Shown here: positions 37,750 through 50,170 of the stretch, piece after piece
Layout: every line of letters starts with the position of its first letter
Numbering within the stretch: position 1 is the first letter of the stretch
Source: Cetorhinus maximus
Taxonomy: Eukaryota
NCBI RefSeq assembly: GCF_964194155.1
Contig: NC_135891.1
Span: 14,012,001-14,076,000 of the forward strand
Direction: 5' to 3'
Length of the DNA stretch: 64,000 nucleotides
Program-made: the position numbers and the translations under genes
The notes under the pieces: generated by a model
Databases searched by the model: none
Seen by the model: only the letters and a program-made list of their open reading frames with translations
Told to the model about the DNA's origin: nothing

Positions 37750-38620
37750 TGTTGCGCAAGCAGAAATGTTGTTTCCTACACAGATCCCAATAAATGCCGT
37801 GTCATTCAACGTAGGCACTATATTGTAGTTATATTTTGACTGTGTGTGTAAAAAAAACCAGTGACTCCTGCCAACACAAGATGATGCGCAAGATGGCCAC
37901 CGATACCCATCCGCGCGCGCACACTTGTCCACGCAAGCGCAGAAAACCAATGTCTTCATTGGCAGCAAGTGCAGCCTCTTTTTTAAAAAAAAATGAGGTA
38001 AAAGAACACATTTGAAGAAAACAAGAGTCCCGAGATTATAAGACTCAACTCATGGCACACAGTCTCGTTGGATAATAGTCCAGATCGGAAAATCAGATTA
38101 TGGAGGTCAGAGTGCCTGATTTTCTGTTCCACTAAAACCATCTCTAATCTGCATTCTCATCAGGCAAGACAAAATGCCAGGAACCGTCTTGCTGTTTTGG
38201 AGCAATGCTGCAATTCTTCTGCAGATTTTCACACAGGTTTTCCAATGATACATCATAACATAAAAATAAGAATTCTTTCCTCCCCCTCGCCAAGACCTTC
38301 TTACTCAATTTTCACCCCGTCTTCACCCTCCTCTGCTGAAGAGGCTGCCGCTTATCAGACTTCACATTAAAAGAAACAGAGACAGTTTGGTTTCGGTTCT
38401 CGTTATGACTACTGCAAATTTGAATCTTGCTTTAAAAAAAAAACCGAGAAACTAAATGGAGAGGGTGAGCATCACGCTGAGGTTGGAGGGATGAGCAAGA
38501 TTCCTGATCTCCGTGGCTCGGCATGACGTCACAGAGTAAAGCAGCACAACTGTGCATGCGTCGCATTTCCAGAAAACGCAACCGAAGAAAAAGTGCCCAA
38601 TTCCAATAGTCCTATAGCAC
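37750..38620. promoter_or_regulatory. Candidate promoter/enhancer
   Basis: Non-repeat DNA with retained CpGs; perfect CRE TGACGTCA at 38524-31, NRF1-like TGTGCATGCG at 38551-60, YY1-like AAGATGGC at about 37890, two CCAAT boxes at about 38597-38608. Confidence 0.4.
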
Positions 38621-39429
38621 CATTTCACTCTGAATCAAGGAAACAAGTGAATTCTCAAAACTCCAACGCAGCACAGAATGCCCAATTCTCACAGATTGAT
38701 ACATCTAGCTAGAATATATGACATTACGAGCAAATAATACACAAGTCAACAATAAATCAATAATATTTCATGATCCATTTGCTGTCTTTTTTTTTACATC
38801 AAACACAGGCTGAGTTATAAGCTACTTCTTCACAAGGTTGTACTCCACTTGGTTTGGACCACTTGTGAAAAGGACTGACGCTTAAAAGTTCACAAGTATT
38901 ATTTTTATGTGCATCAAGTTTCCCAGGGTGGTCTGGCTGGTATGTGACATCATCGGGAAACAGCTACAATGGGGAGGAATTACTATGATTCTGTTCAATG
39001 ATTATTTTCATCGCAGGCAGTTTGAGGAGTTAATATATGGGAAATTCAAGCGATCTGTGTTGGATTTAGTAAGATTGCGAGGTGATAAATGGCTTTCTCC
39101 AACGCTGACCAGCCAAGTATACTGTTGCCTGATCTATTTCGGAAGACAGAGATCCCAGCTTTTTGAATTAAACTTGCTAATTCTGTGCTATGTATTTTGC
39201 AATGCTAATTTTTTTTTCCCAGGATGTTGTGCCCATTCACCTTGCTTTTGTTGTGAATTCCTTTATCGAGTGTTTTGCTTTTTTAAGGAAAGGAAGTGAA
39301 TATGTGAATGGAGTGCAGCTGACTGAGTGAGTGAGGATTTAGGGTTTGGTGAGAGGGGAGCTTTAAGTGTTAATTTTGTTAGTATGAGGAGCTAGGCACC
39401 AAATTAAGAAGCAGAACCTCAAATATAAT

Positions 39430-42400
39430 AATTTCCGGATTATTATCTGAGCCACGTGCAAATTGGCATAGGGCAAATAAGATTAGAGAAATGAATGTGT
39501 GGCCCAAAGACTGGTTTGGGATAAGTGGGTTCTGGTTTGTGGGGCACTGGCACCAGTATTGGGGAAAGTGGGATCTGTACCATTTGGATGGTCTACACCT
39601 GAACTGTGCTGGAGCTGGTGTCCTCGCGAGCCAACTAAGTAGGGAAGTAGGGAAGGTTTTAAACTGAATAGTTGGGGCAAGGGATCAAATTTGGGATGAT
39701 GTGGTGAACCAAAGAGTAGAGACATGTCAAGGGAGACAGGTATTAATATGGGAAATGATAAACAGACTGTGGCTGGGATTTTCCGCACCCGCCCGCCGCT
39801 GGGATCTTCCGGTCCCGCCGCCAGTCAATGGACTTCTGGCTGGGGGGGCTACCTCGCCCACGATGGGTCCCGCCCGTGACAGGGCCGGAAAATCCCAGCC
39901 TGTGGCAGGAAGGGCCAGAGAGTACAAATCTAAGATTAAATCAGCAGATAAGGCTGGCTGCTACAAAAACAATAAAAGAACAAAACTAAAGGCTCTGTAT
40001 CTAATCCACATAGCATTCGCAACAAAACAGGCGAACTGATAGTGCAAATAGAGATAAATAAGTACAATCTGATGGCCATTACAGAGACATGGCTGCAGGA
40101 TGACATAGATTGGGACCTGGATATTGAAGGGTATGTGACATTTAGGAAGGACAGGAAGTTAGGAAAAGGTGGAGTTGTGGCTCTGTTAATTAATGATGGT
40201 ATTAGCACATTAGGAGGGATGACCTTAGTTCAGGAAGCCAGGATGTAGAAATGGTTTGGGTTGAGATGAGGAATGATAAAGGCAAGAAGTCACTTGTGGG
40301 AGTGATGTACAGGCCCCCTAATTGTAACTACATGGTAGGATAGAGTATAAAAGGAGAGTTAATGGGAGCTTGCCAGGAAGGTACAGCAATATTCATGGGG
40401 GGGTTTAATCTATTTATTGACTGGAAAAATCAGATGGGCAAAGGTAGATGAGGAATTCATAGAATGTTTTCAGGATAGTTTCTTAGAACAGCGCATTCTG
40501 CACCCAGCCAGACAGCAGGCCTGGTATTGAGCAACATGATAGGATTAATTGATAAACTCCTAGTGAAGGCACCCCTAGGTAGCAGTGATCATAATATGAT
40601 TGAATTTTGCATTCATTTTGAGGGAGAAATGAATAAGTCCAAGACCAGTATTTTACACTTAAATAAGGGCAATTATGAGGACATAAAAGCAGCTAAAGTG
40701 AACTGGCAAATGAGGTTAAGGGATATGTCAATAGAAGTTCAGTGGCAGACATTTAAAGGGATATTTCAGAATACTCAGAATATATACATTCCAATGAGAA
40801 AGAAAAATTCCAAGGGGAGGGCCCACCATCCGTGGTTAACTAAAAAAGTTAAAGACAGTATCAAACTTAAAGAAAAAGAATATAACTACGCAAAGACAGG
40901 TAACAGGTCAGAAGGTTGGAAGGAATATAAAGAACAGCAAAGAATGACAAAAAGATTAATAAGGAGGGAAAATGTCGAGTATGAGACAAAGCTAGCTAGT
41001 AATGTAAAGATGCGTAGTAAGAGTTTCTATAGATATTTAAGTAAGAAAAGAATTAACAAAGTGAGTGTTGGTCCTATAGAGTGTGTCTGGGGAATTCATA
41101 ATGGAAAGTGGGGGGATGGCAGATGAATTAAACAGGTATTTTTCTTCGGTTTTCACTATAGAGGACACAAGTAACATCCCAGAAATAGCTGTAAATCAGG
41201 AAATAGAAGGGAGGGAGAAACTTGGGAAAATTACAATCACCAGAGAAGTGGTATTGAGCAAATTGTTGGGGCTGTGGGCTGACAAATCCCCCAGGCCCAG
41301 ACGGACTTCACCCTAATGTCTTGACAGAAGTGGCTAGTGAGATAGTTGATCCATTGGTTTTAATTTTCCAAAATTCCCTAGATTCAGGGAAGGTTCCATT
41401 AGATTGGAAAATAGCAAGTATAACTCCTTTATTCAAAAAGGGAGGGAGACAGAAAGCAGGAAATTATAGGCCAGTTAACATCTGTCATAGGTAAAATGTT
41501 AGAAGCTATTATTAAAGATGTTATAGCAGGGCACTTAGAAAAACTCAAGGCAATCAGACAGAGTCAACATAGTTTTGTAAAAATGAAACCATATTTAACC
41601 AATTTATTGGAATTCTTTGAACGAATCACATGTGCTGTGGATAAAGGGGAACCAGTGGATGGACTATACTTAGGTTTCCAGGAGGCATTTGATAAATTGT
41701 CGCATCAAAGGTTATTGCAGAAAATAAAAACTCATAGTGTAGAGGATAACATGTTGGCATGGATAGAAGATTGGCTAGCTAACAGGAAGCAGGGAGTTGG
41801 CATAAATGGGTCTTTTACTTGTTGGAAGGATGTGACAAGTGGTGTGCCACAGGGATCAGTGCTGGGGCCTCAACTTTTTATAATTTATATAAATGACTTG
41901 GATGAAGGGACTGTAGGAATGTTTGCTAAATTTGCTGATGATACAAAGATAGGTAGGAAAGTAAATTGTGAAGAGGACGTAAGGAGGCTACAAAGTGACA
42001 GAGATAGGTTAAGTGAGTGGGATAAGATATGGCAAATGGAGTATAATGTGGGCACATGTGAAATCGTTCATTTTATCAGGAAAAATAAAAAAGCTTTTTA
42101 TCTAAATGGTGAGAGATTGCAGAGCTCTGAGATTCAGAGGGACCTGGGTGTCCTAATGCATGAACCACAGAAGGTTAGAGTGTAGATACAACAGCTAATT
42201 AGGAAAGCTAATAGAATGTTATCATTTATTGTGAGTGGAATTGATTACAAAAGTAGAGAGGTTATGCTTCAGTTGTACATGGCATTGGTGAGACCATGTC
42301 TGGAGTATTGTGCACAGTATTGGTCTCCTTATTTAAAGAAAGATGTAAATGCATTAGAAGCAGCTCAGAGGTTTACTAGGCTCATACCAGGAATGGGTGG

Positions 42401-42850
42401 GTTGTCTAATGAGGAAAGGCTGGACATGTTAAGCTTGTATCCACTGGAATTTAGAAGAGTAAGAGGCGACTTAATTGAAACCTTTAAGATCCTGAGGGGT
42501 CTTGACAGGGTGGATGTGTAGAGGATGTTTCCTCTTGTGGGAGAATCTAGAACTAGGGGTCACTGTTTAAAAATAAGGGGTCGCTCATTTAAGACAGAGA
42601 TGAGGAGAATTTTTTTCTCTTGGAGGGCTGAGTCTTCGGAACTCTCTCCCTTAAAAGGGGGTGGAAGCAGAGTCTTCGAATATTTTTAAGGCAGAGCTAG
42701 ATAGATTCTTGATTAACAAGGGAGCAAAGGGTTATTGGGGGTGGGCAGGAATGTGGGGTTGAGGTTATATTCAGGTCAGCCTTGATCTTATTGAATGGTG
42801 GAGCAGGCTCGAGGGGCCGAGTGACCTACTCCTGCTCCTAATTCGTATGT
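39430..42850 (+). mobile_element. Nearly complete CR1 LINE (ORF1 esterase C-terminus and ORF2 EN/RT), disrupted
   Basis: ORF1 YWGKWDLYHLDGLHLN (SGNH DxxH); ORF2 AITETWL, MYRPP, LGSSDHN, PWL, VPQGSVLGP, FADDTK, LVRPCLEYC; CR1 3' UTR. Confidence 0.95.
39771..39900. mobile_element. 130-bp MITE
   Basis: Perfect 15-bp TIR GGCTGGGATTTTCCG / CGGAAAATCCCAGCC; TSD TGT (39768-70 and 39901-03). Confidence 0.92.
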
Positions 42851-42994
42851 GAACTGTTTTCTGATGTGCAAACTGGTGCAAATTTAAGTTCTACTTGGTA
42901 TTGTGATTAAGATATTCCAAGGTTAAGTGAATAGTTTTGCAACAAATATCTTATACACAAGATGCTATTTTGCTGAGAACTTGTACTTGGTTGG

Positions 42995-43175
42995 TAAAAA
43001 GAAACAAAAACTACAAATGGTGGAAGTCTGAAATAAAAGCAGAAGAGCTTGGAAAGACTCATTTGGTTGGAATTGGGTGCTTTTGAGTTCCAAATGATTG
43101 GTTATTTATTATGACATGAATCTGTCAGTTATCTGATAAACTCCAGCAGTTCTGATAGATTAAGACTCACTTCCA
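42995..43175. mobile_element. Old Penelope pLTR remnant
   Basis: AAACTACAAATGGTGGAAGTCTGAAATAAAAGCAGAA resembles the reverse pLTR end; followed by CAGTTCTGA. Confidence 0.4.
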
Positions 43176-43319
43176 TTGAACCTGACCTTTATTCCATGGT
43201 GTCCAAAGTTCAGGCCTGTGATATAAATGTAAATTATGCATGTACAATACTTTCAAACATTCAAACCATGTTTTATCTATAAGCACATATGGGATTTTAT
43301 TCATTCCGATTACTACTCC

Positions 43320-43548
43320 TGATTGTCTTGGCCAATCTTTAATCCCTCAATCCAATTTACTGAAACAGATTATCTGACCATTATCACATTGCTGTTTGTG
43401 GGACCTTCCTGTGTACAAATTGGCTGTTACTTTTCTTACATTAGAACAGTGAGTCATTTCAAAGGTATTTTGTTGGTTGTAAAACACTTTTGGACAAACC
43501 GAGGTTCTGAAAGGCGCTATATAAATGTAATTTTGTCCTTTCTTTCTT
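43320..43548 (+). mobile_element. DeuSINE-like SINE 3' half
   Basis: CAGATTATCTG, GCTGTTTGTGGGACCTT, AAATTGGCTG, AAAGGCGCTATATAAATG tail. Confidence 0.7.
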
Positions 43549-44654
43549 ACTTAGGAACTAGGAATGAGAAATACGGCATTCATTCCCTTACCTGACAATA
43601 TCCTCTCAGCCGGAATTTGTCAACCTTAATACTATGTGTAAACTTCTGTACCCCCTAACCCCTTTGGTAATCAGTCGTTTGTTTGCAGAGCCAATTAAAA
43701 ATCCTCAGGACTACTTTTCAAATCTACAAGACAAATACAAAGTTGCATTACCAACTAACCTTTCAGCTATTCTCCATTTGCGGTACAGTTTAGGCAGCGG
43801 TCCTAAACTGTCCTATTGTTTAGTAGAAATGAGAGAAACCCCTTGGAATCGACCCAGTTGAACCAAGCTATTTATTTGGCTGAGACTCTGCACTGCTGGA
43901 TTTTCCTGCTCCAGATGATTTCTTTTGGTCAAATTTCATATCCTTGTACCCTGGGTAGTGGGAGTGAATGGAGAGATCTCTGGATCTGTACTAGCAAACG
44001 AATAATGTGTGAAGTTATTAATTGTGCAGTGTAGGAATGTAATTAGTGCAGTAACTCTATCCTCCCCCATGTGCTGGCACTAAATAACTAAAGACGATGC
44101 ATAATGTGTAATGTCTTACGCAGAAAATCTCACATTTCCACAAACTGGATAGAGCCAAGAATTTAGCTGACGCCCACCTTCCCTTCTACTCCCTTCATTA
44201 CTGCATTCATGTAGGAGCTGGATATGAATGTCACTTAATAGAAAGTAAGTTGGCCATAGTTGAATGAGAAATGATAACTGTGTTAAGGTTTGAGCAGTGC
44301 CCCCTAACCGTATCGAGTGAAAAGTTTGCTGTTGTTCCTGTTTCATTTCTCCTTTGAGTCATGAACTGATGACTTAAGAGAATCTTAGGATTATTAAGAG
44401 TCATTAACACACACCAGATCAACAGAATGGGTAGTTCGCTGCTGTGAGATAACTTTGTTAAACCAAAGTCCCTGTTTTTGGTCTGCGCTCACACTTCTGT
44501 TCTCTGAAAAGGATCAAGTGTACCTCAATCCCAGCATGAATCCCACCCACAATCAGCTTCCAGCAGGCAGACAGAAATACATGGAATGGAAATCAGCTTC
44601 ATATCTGTGGTGAAGGATGACATAGAACAGTGGCAGCTCTCACAAAATAGGGCT

Positions 44655-44815
44655 GACTGAGATAGGGAGGTTTTTGTTAGATAAAGTCATCAAGGGATAA
44701 GGGGGAAAGGCGGGTAAATGGAGTCATGCTTTAGGTCAGCTGTAATCTGATTGCAGGGTAGAATTGAAAGACAAAGCAGGCTCGAGGGGCTGAATGGCCT
44801 ATTCCCGGTTCTAAC
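44655..44815 (+). mobile_element. CR1-type 3' UTR fragment
   Basis: GCAGGCTCGAGGGGCTGAATGGCCTATTCC, as at 42800-42840. Confidence 0.7.
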
Positions 44816-46139
44816 ACTGCTACATTCCAGAGGTTTGGAGGACAGAGGTCTGAGGACCTGACTAGCTTTAATGTGAGAGATGGACGTGAAGAAGGAGACT
44901 GGCAGAATCCTTCCATTATAAATTTCAGGGATGTCATGTAGACGTATTGGATAAATATTGTAAGCAATGATTTCCCACCATGTCTCCTGGTGATGGTGTG
45001 GATATAATTACAATTTTAGGAATGAATAAAATACCACAGGCACATCTCTTAACTTCAGTGGGGTGAGAAATTGCTGCACTGGACTGAAAATGGTAATCGT
45101 ACAACGGCTAGATAGGACTGCCCATCCTCTACTACTCACTTTATGCCCCCACCAAGGTTGAATGTTCTGTCCTGCGTATCAAAGTGCATGGTAAGTGATG
45201 GAACAACCAGGGAGTGACATGATGTGAAATTATTTTCTGACTGGGGTAAACTAGAGTTTGCTGAGATGCGCCCAGAGAATTAGAAAAATTAACCTGGGGC
45301 AAACAGGAAGCTGTCGTGACTTCTCTTCTGTATCTGAAAAGAAAAATCCCGTGGGTGTCACCAAGGTACCTGTCAGCAAGACAGGGAACAAAACTGTGAC
45401 CACGGCCATCAACTAGCCATCTTGTGTCCAAACCACATAAGAATGCCACGAAGTGATTCACTTAAATCGATGACGATCCCTAGTATTTTGGGATTATCAA
45501 TTCGTTTCTTGTGATTTCAAGTTAAAGTTCCAGTCGTTTTGAGTTTCCTCACTTAAATCAATGTCCTCAAGGTCCTTCATCCAAAATTTTAACAAAGTTA
45601 CCAGATTTCTTTATTTATTTCAGTGTAGCCAATGCCAATGTTTTCCTGCTCTTTATTATAATAGCAAATTGAAAAGGAGATGATTCAACTTAGCTGGAAT
45701 TTGACAGGTTCTTTGACAATTAGATACATATAGCAACTGATATTGCAGGTCAATTTGAATCATTAGAATTGATAGAGGACCACATAGAATGTCACGTAAT
45801 GAGGTGGGGCCTGGTAGGATACCAAGTAATTTTGGATGCTAAATCAGAGCAAAATTCCTAACCCTCCATAGGACATATAGCCTGATTTTAATGCCAGGTA
45901 GAATTTGGACATGTGGGTTGTGAGGTGATTTGGTATCTCAGGCTTCATAAATGAGGCCTGAGCTACTTTAACTCTTGAGTCTCATTTAAAACCTGCCAGC
46001 AGACTTCACAACCAGAACAGACTGAAAATCGATGGCAACTTGAGTGGTAGGTTTAGCTTTGGAGGGGGGTGGGGGCTGTCTTATGTTTTGCTTCAGTAAG
46101 CCAGCTGGTAAAAGATAAAACTGGAGCCAATCCTTACAC

Positions 46140-47535
46140 GGTAGGGGGGGGAGCAGGGGTGAGGGGCGAGAAGGGGGAGGGGTGAGGGGGGAGGAGGGGG
46201 AGGGTGAGGAGGGAGGAATGGGGAGGGGTGAGGAGGGAGAAAGGGAAAGGGAGAAGGGTGCGGGGTGAGGAGTGGGGTGAGGGGTGAGGAGTGGGGAGAG
46301 GAGGAGAAGGGAAGGGGGAGAAGGGGAGGGGTGAGGGGGAAGAGGGGGAGAAGGGGGCTGGGGAAGGGGCAGGGGTGAGGGGGAGAACAGTGAGGGGGAG
46401 AAGGGGAGGGGGGGAGAGGTGTAGAAAGGGGAGGGGCGAGGGGGAGAAGGTGGAGGTGTGAGGGGGAGAAGGGGGAGGGGCGAAGGGGAGGGGGAGAAGG
46501 GGAGGAGTGAGGAGGAGAAGGGGAGGGGTGGGGTGAAGAAGGGGGTGAAGGGGAAGGGGTGAGGGGGAGGAGGGGGAGGGGTGGGAGTGTAGAAGGGGGA
46601 GGGGTGAGGGGGAGGAGGGGTGAATGGGAGGGGGAGGAGGGGGAGGGGAGGGAGAGGGGTGAGGAGGGGAGGGGGAGGGGTGAGGGGGGAGAAGGGGGAG
46701 GGGAGGAAGGGAGAAGGCGGAGGGGTGAGGAGGGGGGAAAGAGGGGGTGAGGAGGGGGGAAGAGAGAGGTGAGGGGGAGGAGGGGGAGGGGTGGGGATGC
46801 ATGGGAGGAGGAGGAGGGGGAGTGGTGGGGTTGCAGGGGAAGGGGGTAGGGGTGAGGGGGAGATGGGGGTGTGTGGGGGTGGAGGGGGAGGCGGGGGAGG
46901 ATGAGGAAGGGAGAAGGGGAGGGGTGAGGAGGGGGGAATGGGGAGAGGTGAGGAGGGAGAAAGGAAGGGGAGAAGGGTGAGGGGTGAGGGGGGAGAAGCG
47001 GAGGGGTGAGGGGGCGAGGGGGAGAAGTGGTTGGGGTGAGGGGGGAGAAGGGGAGGTGGAGGCGTGTCGAAGGGGGAGGGGTGAGGAGGGAGAAAGGGGA
47101 GGGGTGTGGGGGAGAAGGGGGAGGGATGAGGGGGAGAAGGGGGAGAGGGAGAATGGGGAGGGGTGAGGGGGGAGAAGGGGGAGTGGTGATGGGGGAGAAG
47201 GGGGAGAGGTTGGGGGGTGAGGGGAGAGGGGAGAGGTCAGGGGAGGGAGGGGAGAAGGGGGAGAGATCGGGGGAGGGAGGGGGAAGGGGGAGGGAGTAGG
47301 GGAGAGGTTAGGGGAGGGGTGAGGGCATGGGGGAGGGCGAGTGGGGAGTGGGGGAGTGGGGGAGTGGGAGGAGGAAGCTGGGGGGGTGGGGAAGGTGAGG
47401 GTTGATGGGGAGGGGGAATAGGGGTGTTGGAGAGGGAAGGGGTTGGGGGAGAGGAGAGGGGAAGGGGAGTGGAGAGAGGGGTTGTTGGTCAGGAATGGGG
47501 GTGGGTGGGCGATGGGAGAGGGGAAGGCGGGAGGG
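46140..47535 (+). repeat. About 1.3-1.4 kb G/A-rich low-complexity tract
   Basis: Degenerate GGGGTGAGGGGGAGAA-like units; almost no C on the plus strand. Confidence 0.95.
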
Positions 47536-48106
47536 GCTACCTCCTTTTTCCTTGCTCCTTGGACCTACAAAGTAGGAAACAAAATGTTTTAGTTTGGGCC
47601 TCTTCAGGCCCTGGCTCCTCCTCACTGCTTCCTCCATCTGGTGGGAAAGCCACAGAGATTTCCTCGCTTGGGGTCTCCAATTAAAATTGCAATCAAGCCC
47701 CGACAAGTCTATGTAAAGTTGGACCTGGCCAGCTTTGTATGCGCATCCTTGCTGCCTACTCAGTTGGGGCAGGTTAAAGTTCAGTTGGGAAAGTTCCTGG
47801 ATGCTTTCCAAAAGCCAAGTGACCTTTGCGATTTTAACTGCCTGATTGCTCATTTTCCACATTACAAAGATTGAACATTCCTTAACATAATATATACTTT
47901 AATATGTTGCCAGGACTGAATATGATACATAATGCACTCAATGCCATTAAACTAAATAGACAGAAAACTATATGCTTACGCCCGCTAAATGCTGGCAGCG
48001 AGTAAGGCTTTGCCTCCTTTCCCACTCCCAACACCATTTCCCCAGAAACAACCCCGAGAAAAAAGCCAAAATTCAGTCAAAAAGTACTGAGGACAGCAAA
48101 TACATG

Positions 48107-48811
48107 GGGCACAATATTGAGGGTGGGGGCAGGGCCCACTTGCCAATGTGGGATGATGTTGGGTGGAACTCCCGATGTCACCCCGCCTCATTTCCATTTT
48201 CAGGTCAGCGGGGGCGCAGCCGAATCAGCTGTGCGCCCGCCGACCTGTCAACGGCCAATTGAGGCCATTTAAAAGCTAATTCAACTAGTTAAAGGACCTG
48301 CCTGTCCAACCTTAAGGATGGCGGGCAGGCCGGGAGCCCTGGCGGGCTTCAGAGAAAGTGTGAAACCTCAACCACGGGCGGGATGAGGATTCATGAGGGT
48401 TTTAAAAAATTTAATGAAAGTTTAATTAAAAGTGATGGACGTGTCCCAACTCATGTGGCAGTGTCACATGAGGGGACAGGTCAGGGAAATTTTATTTTTC
48501 TACATTTAACATTTTTAAATGTGGAGCCGATCTCCCTGAGGCAGCACTTAGCCTCAGGGAGATGAGTGCGCTCTTTCGGGCGCAGGCATGAAAGAGCGCA
48601 CTCTTGGCTTAGGGAATTCCCCCCCATCCCCCCGCTGCCCGCACGGGGAGCGCATAGCGCTTCCTTGCAGACGTCACGCTGGGTGCGCCTTAATTGGCCC
48701 GCCCACACAAAATGGCAGTATGCCTCCAATTGGGGGCACTGATCAGAGTCGCGCCCGTACATGCCCGCTCCTCAACATCCCCCCCCCACCAACAGGGGGA
48801 AAACTCTGCCC
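48107..48811 (+). mobile_element. Harbinger-type MITE, family A
   Basis: TIR GGGCACAATATT / AAAACTCTGCCC; TSD ATG (48104-06 and 48812-14). Confidence 0.88.
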
Positions 48812-49214
48812 ATGAACTTTCAATTCTTCTCCCTTTCAGATCATTAGCAATATATTACTACATGCTTTTTGATTGTTCCATTGTTAAAGGTAGCACTGTA
48901 GGGTGCAGTTAGATGCAGAAAGGCTTAAAGGATTATGTTTAAAATCCAAAATAACCAAACCCTTATTATTGAGGCAACCTGACCCATGATTCATGCTTTA
49001 GATTGAAATGTCAGTCAGCTGTTAACTTGGACATACATTAAACAATATCGGTGAATGTAGGGGCTGTTTTTTTTATATCCCTCCAGCTTTCGTGTTGAGC
49101 TGTTCCAGCTCCTGTCTATTTCTTGAAGGTAAAAGCCAGTGAGACAGTTAATACAAGCTGGTAGTTTAGACCTTAAGGCTGGAGAAATTACCATCCATGA
49201 CATTAGTGATGAAC

Positions 49215-49512
49215 ATTTGGAAAGAGAGAAACTCTTTGCACTGGCAGGGCTGTTCAGGACAAGCGAGTATAACCTTAAAATTAGAGCGGGGCTGTTCAGG
49301 AAGCACCTCTTCATGCAAAACTAAATAGAAATCTGGAACTTTATCCCCCAATAAGCTTTTGAGACTGGGTCAATTGAAAGTGAGATTGATAGATTTTTGT
49401 TTTAAGGGGTATGAAGCCAATGGGGGTGAATGGAGTTAAGATGCAGATCAGCCATGATCTAATTCAATGATGGAACAGGCTCGAGGGCTAAATGACCTAC
49501 CCCTGTTCCTAA
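49215..49512 (+). mobile_element. CR1 3' fragment
   Basis: EKLFALAG..RT..NLKIR and CR1 3' UTR. Confidence 0.75.
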
Positions 49513-49519
49513 TAGGCAT

Positions 49520-49945
49520 TGATACAACGCCTTTCATAATTTCTTAACTTTGTAAAGCTTTTAAGAACCAAGGAATTAATTATGAATTGTAGTCACGTTG
49601 CTATGGAGGTAAACAGTCATGACTTCACACAGCTGCTAACTTCTGCACAACCAAATCTCATAAACAGTAAATGAGATAAATAGCCATTTAATTTGGGGTT
49701 TTTTTTGCGTGGGTGTTTTTTGAGGGACAAAAATTGACCATGCCACCAGGAAAACTATTCTTCTTTCAATAGTGCAATGAGATCTATTTAAGTCCACTTG
49801 ATTTACCTTGTCATCCAAAAGACCACACCTCTGACAAGAGCAGCACTTTATTAGGGACTGCACTGAAGTGTCAGCCGAGACCATGCGCTCAAGTCCTGGA
49901 GTAGAACTTGAGTCCGCAGCCTTCTGACTCACACGCTGACACTGC
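49520..49945 (-). mobile_element. DeuSINE-like SINE with tRNA-like head
   Basis: Minus strand GAGTCAGAAGG.TG.GGACTCAAGT..ACTCCAG (B-box-like), then GCTGACACTTCAGTGCAGT. Confidence 0.65.
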
Positions 49946-50170
49946 CGCACTTTGTAATAAAAACGTCTTAATATTTTTTCTCAACAAGCACACAGATAAT
50001 GTCGATAATGCAGTTGTGTCAGGCATTCATACACCAATATTATTCCTACAATTTTAGGCCCATTCACCAGAACATGCACCTTTTGAATTAATTATTAAAA
50101 TTTATTTATAACAAATCAAGCCTTTTCGTTAGGACAATACAGATTCTGGGGCGATGTGACAGAAGTTCAG

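Noticed and set aside
38907-39299. 130-aa Cys/Phe-rich ORF next to the candidate promoter
   Set aside because: No recognisable domain; T-rich composition suggests a chance ORF.
46134-47862. Long Pro-rich and Gly/Arg/Glu-rich ORFs (222 aa, 184 aa and others)
   Set aside because: Artefacts of a G/A low-complexity tract that lacks stop codons; no domain or splice support.
49860-49945. tRNA gene
   Set aside because: B-box-like head of a SINE; no complete cloverleaf.
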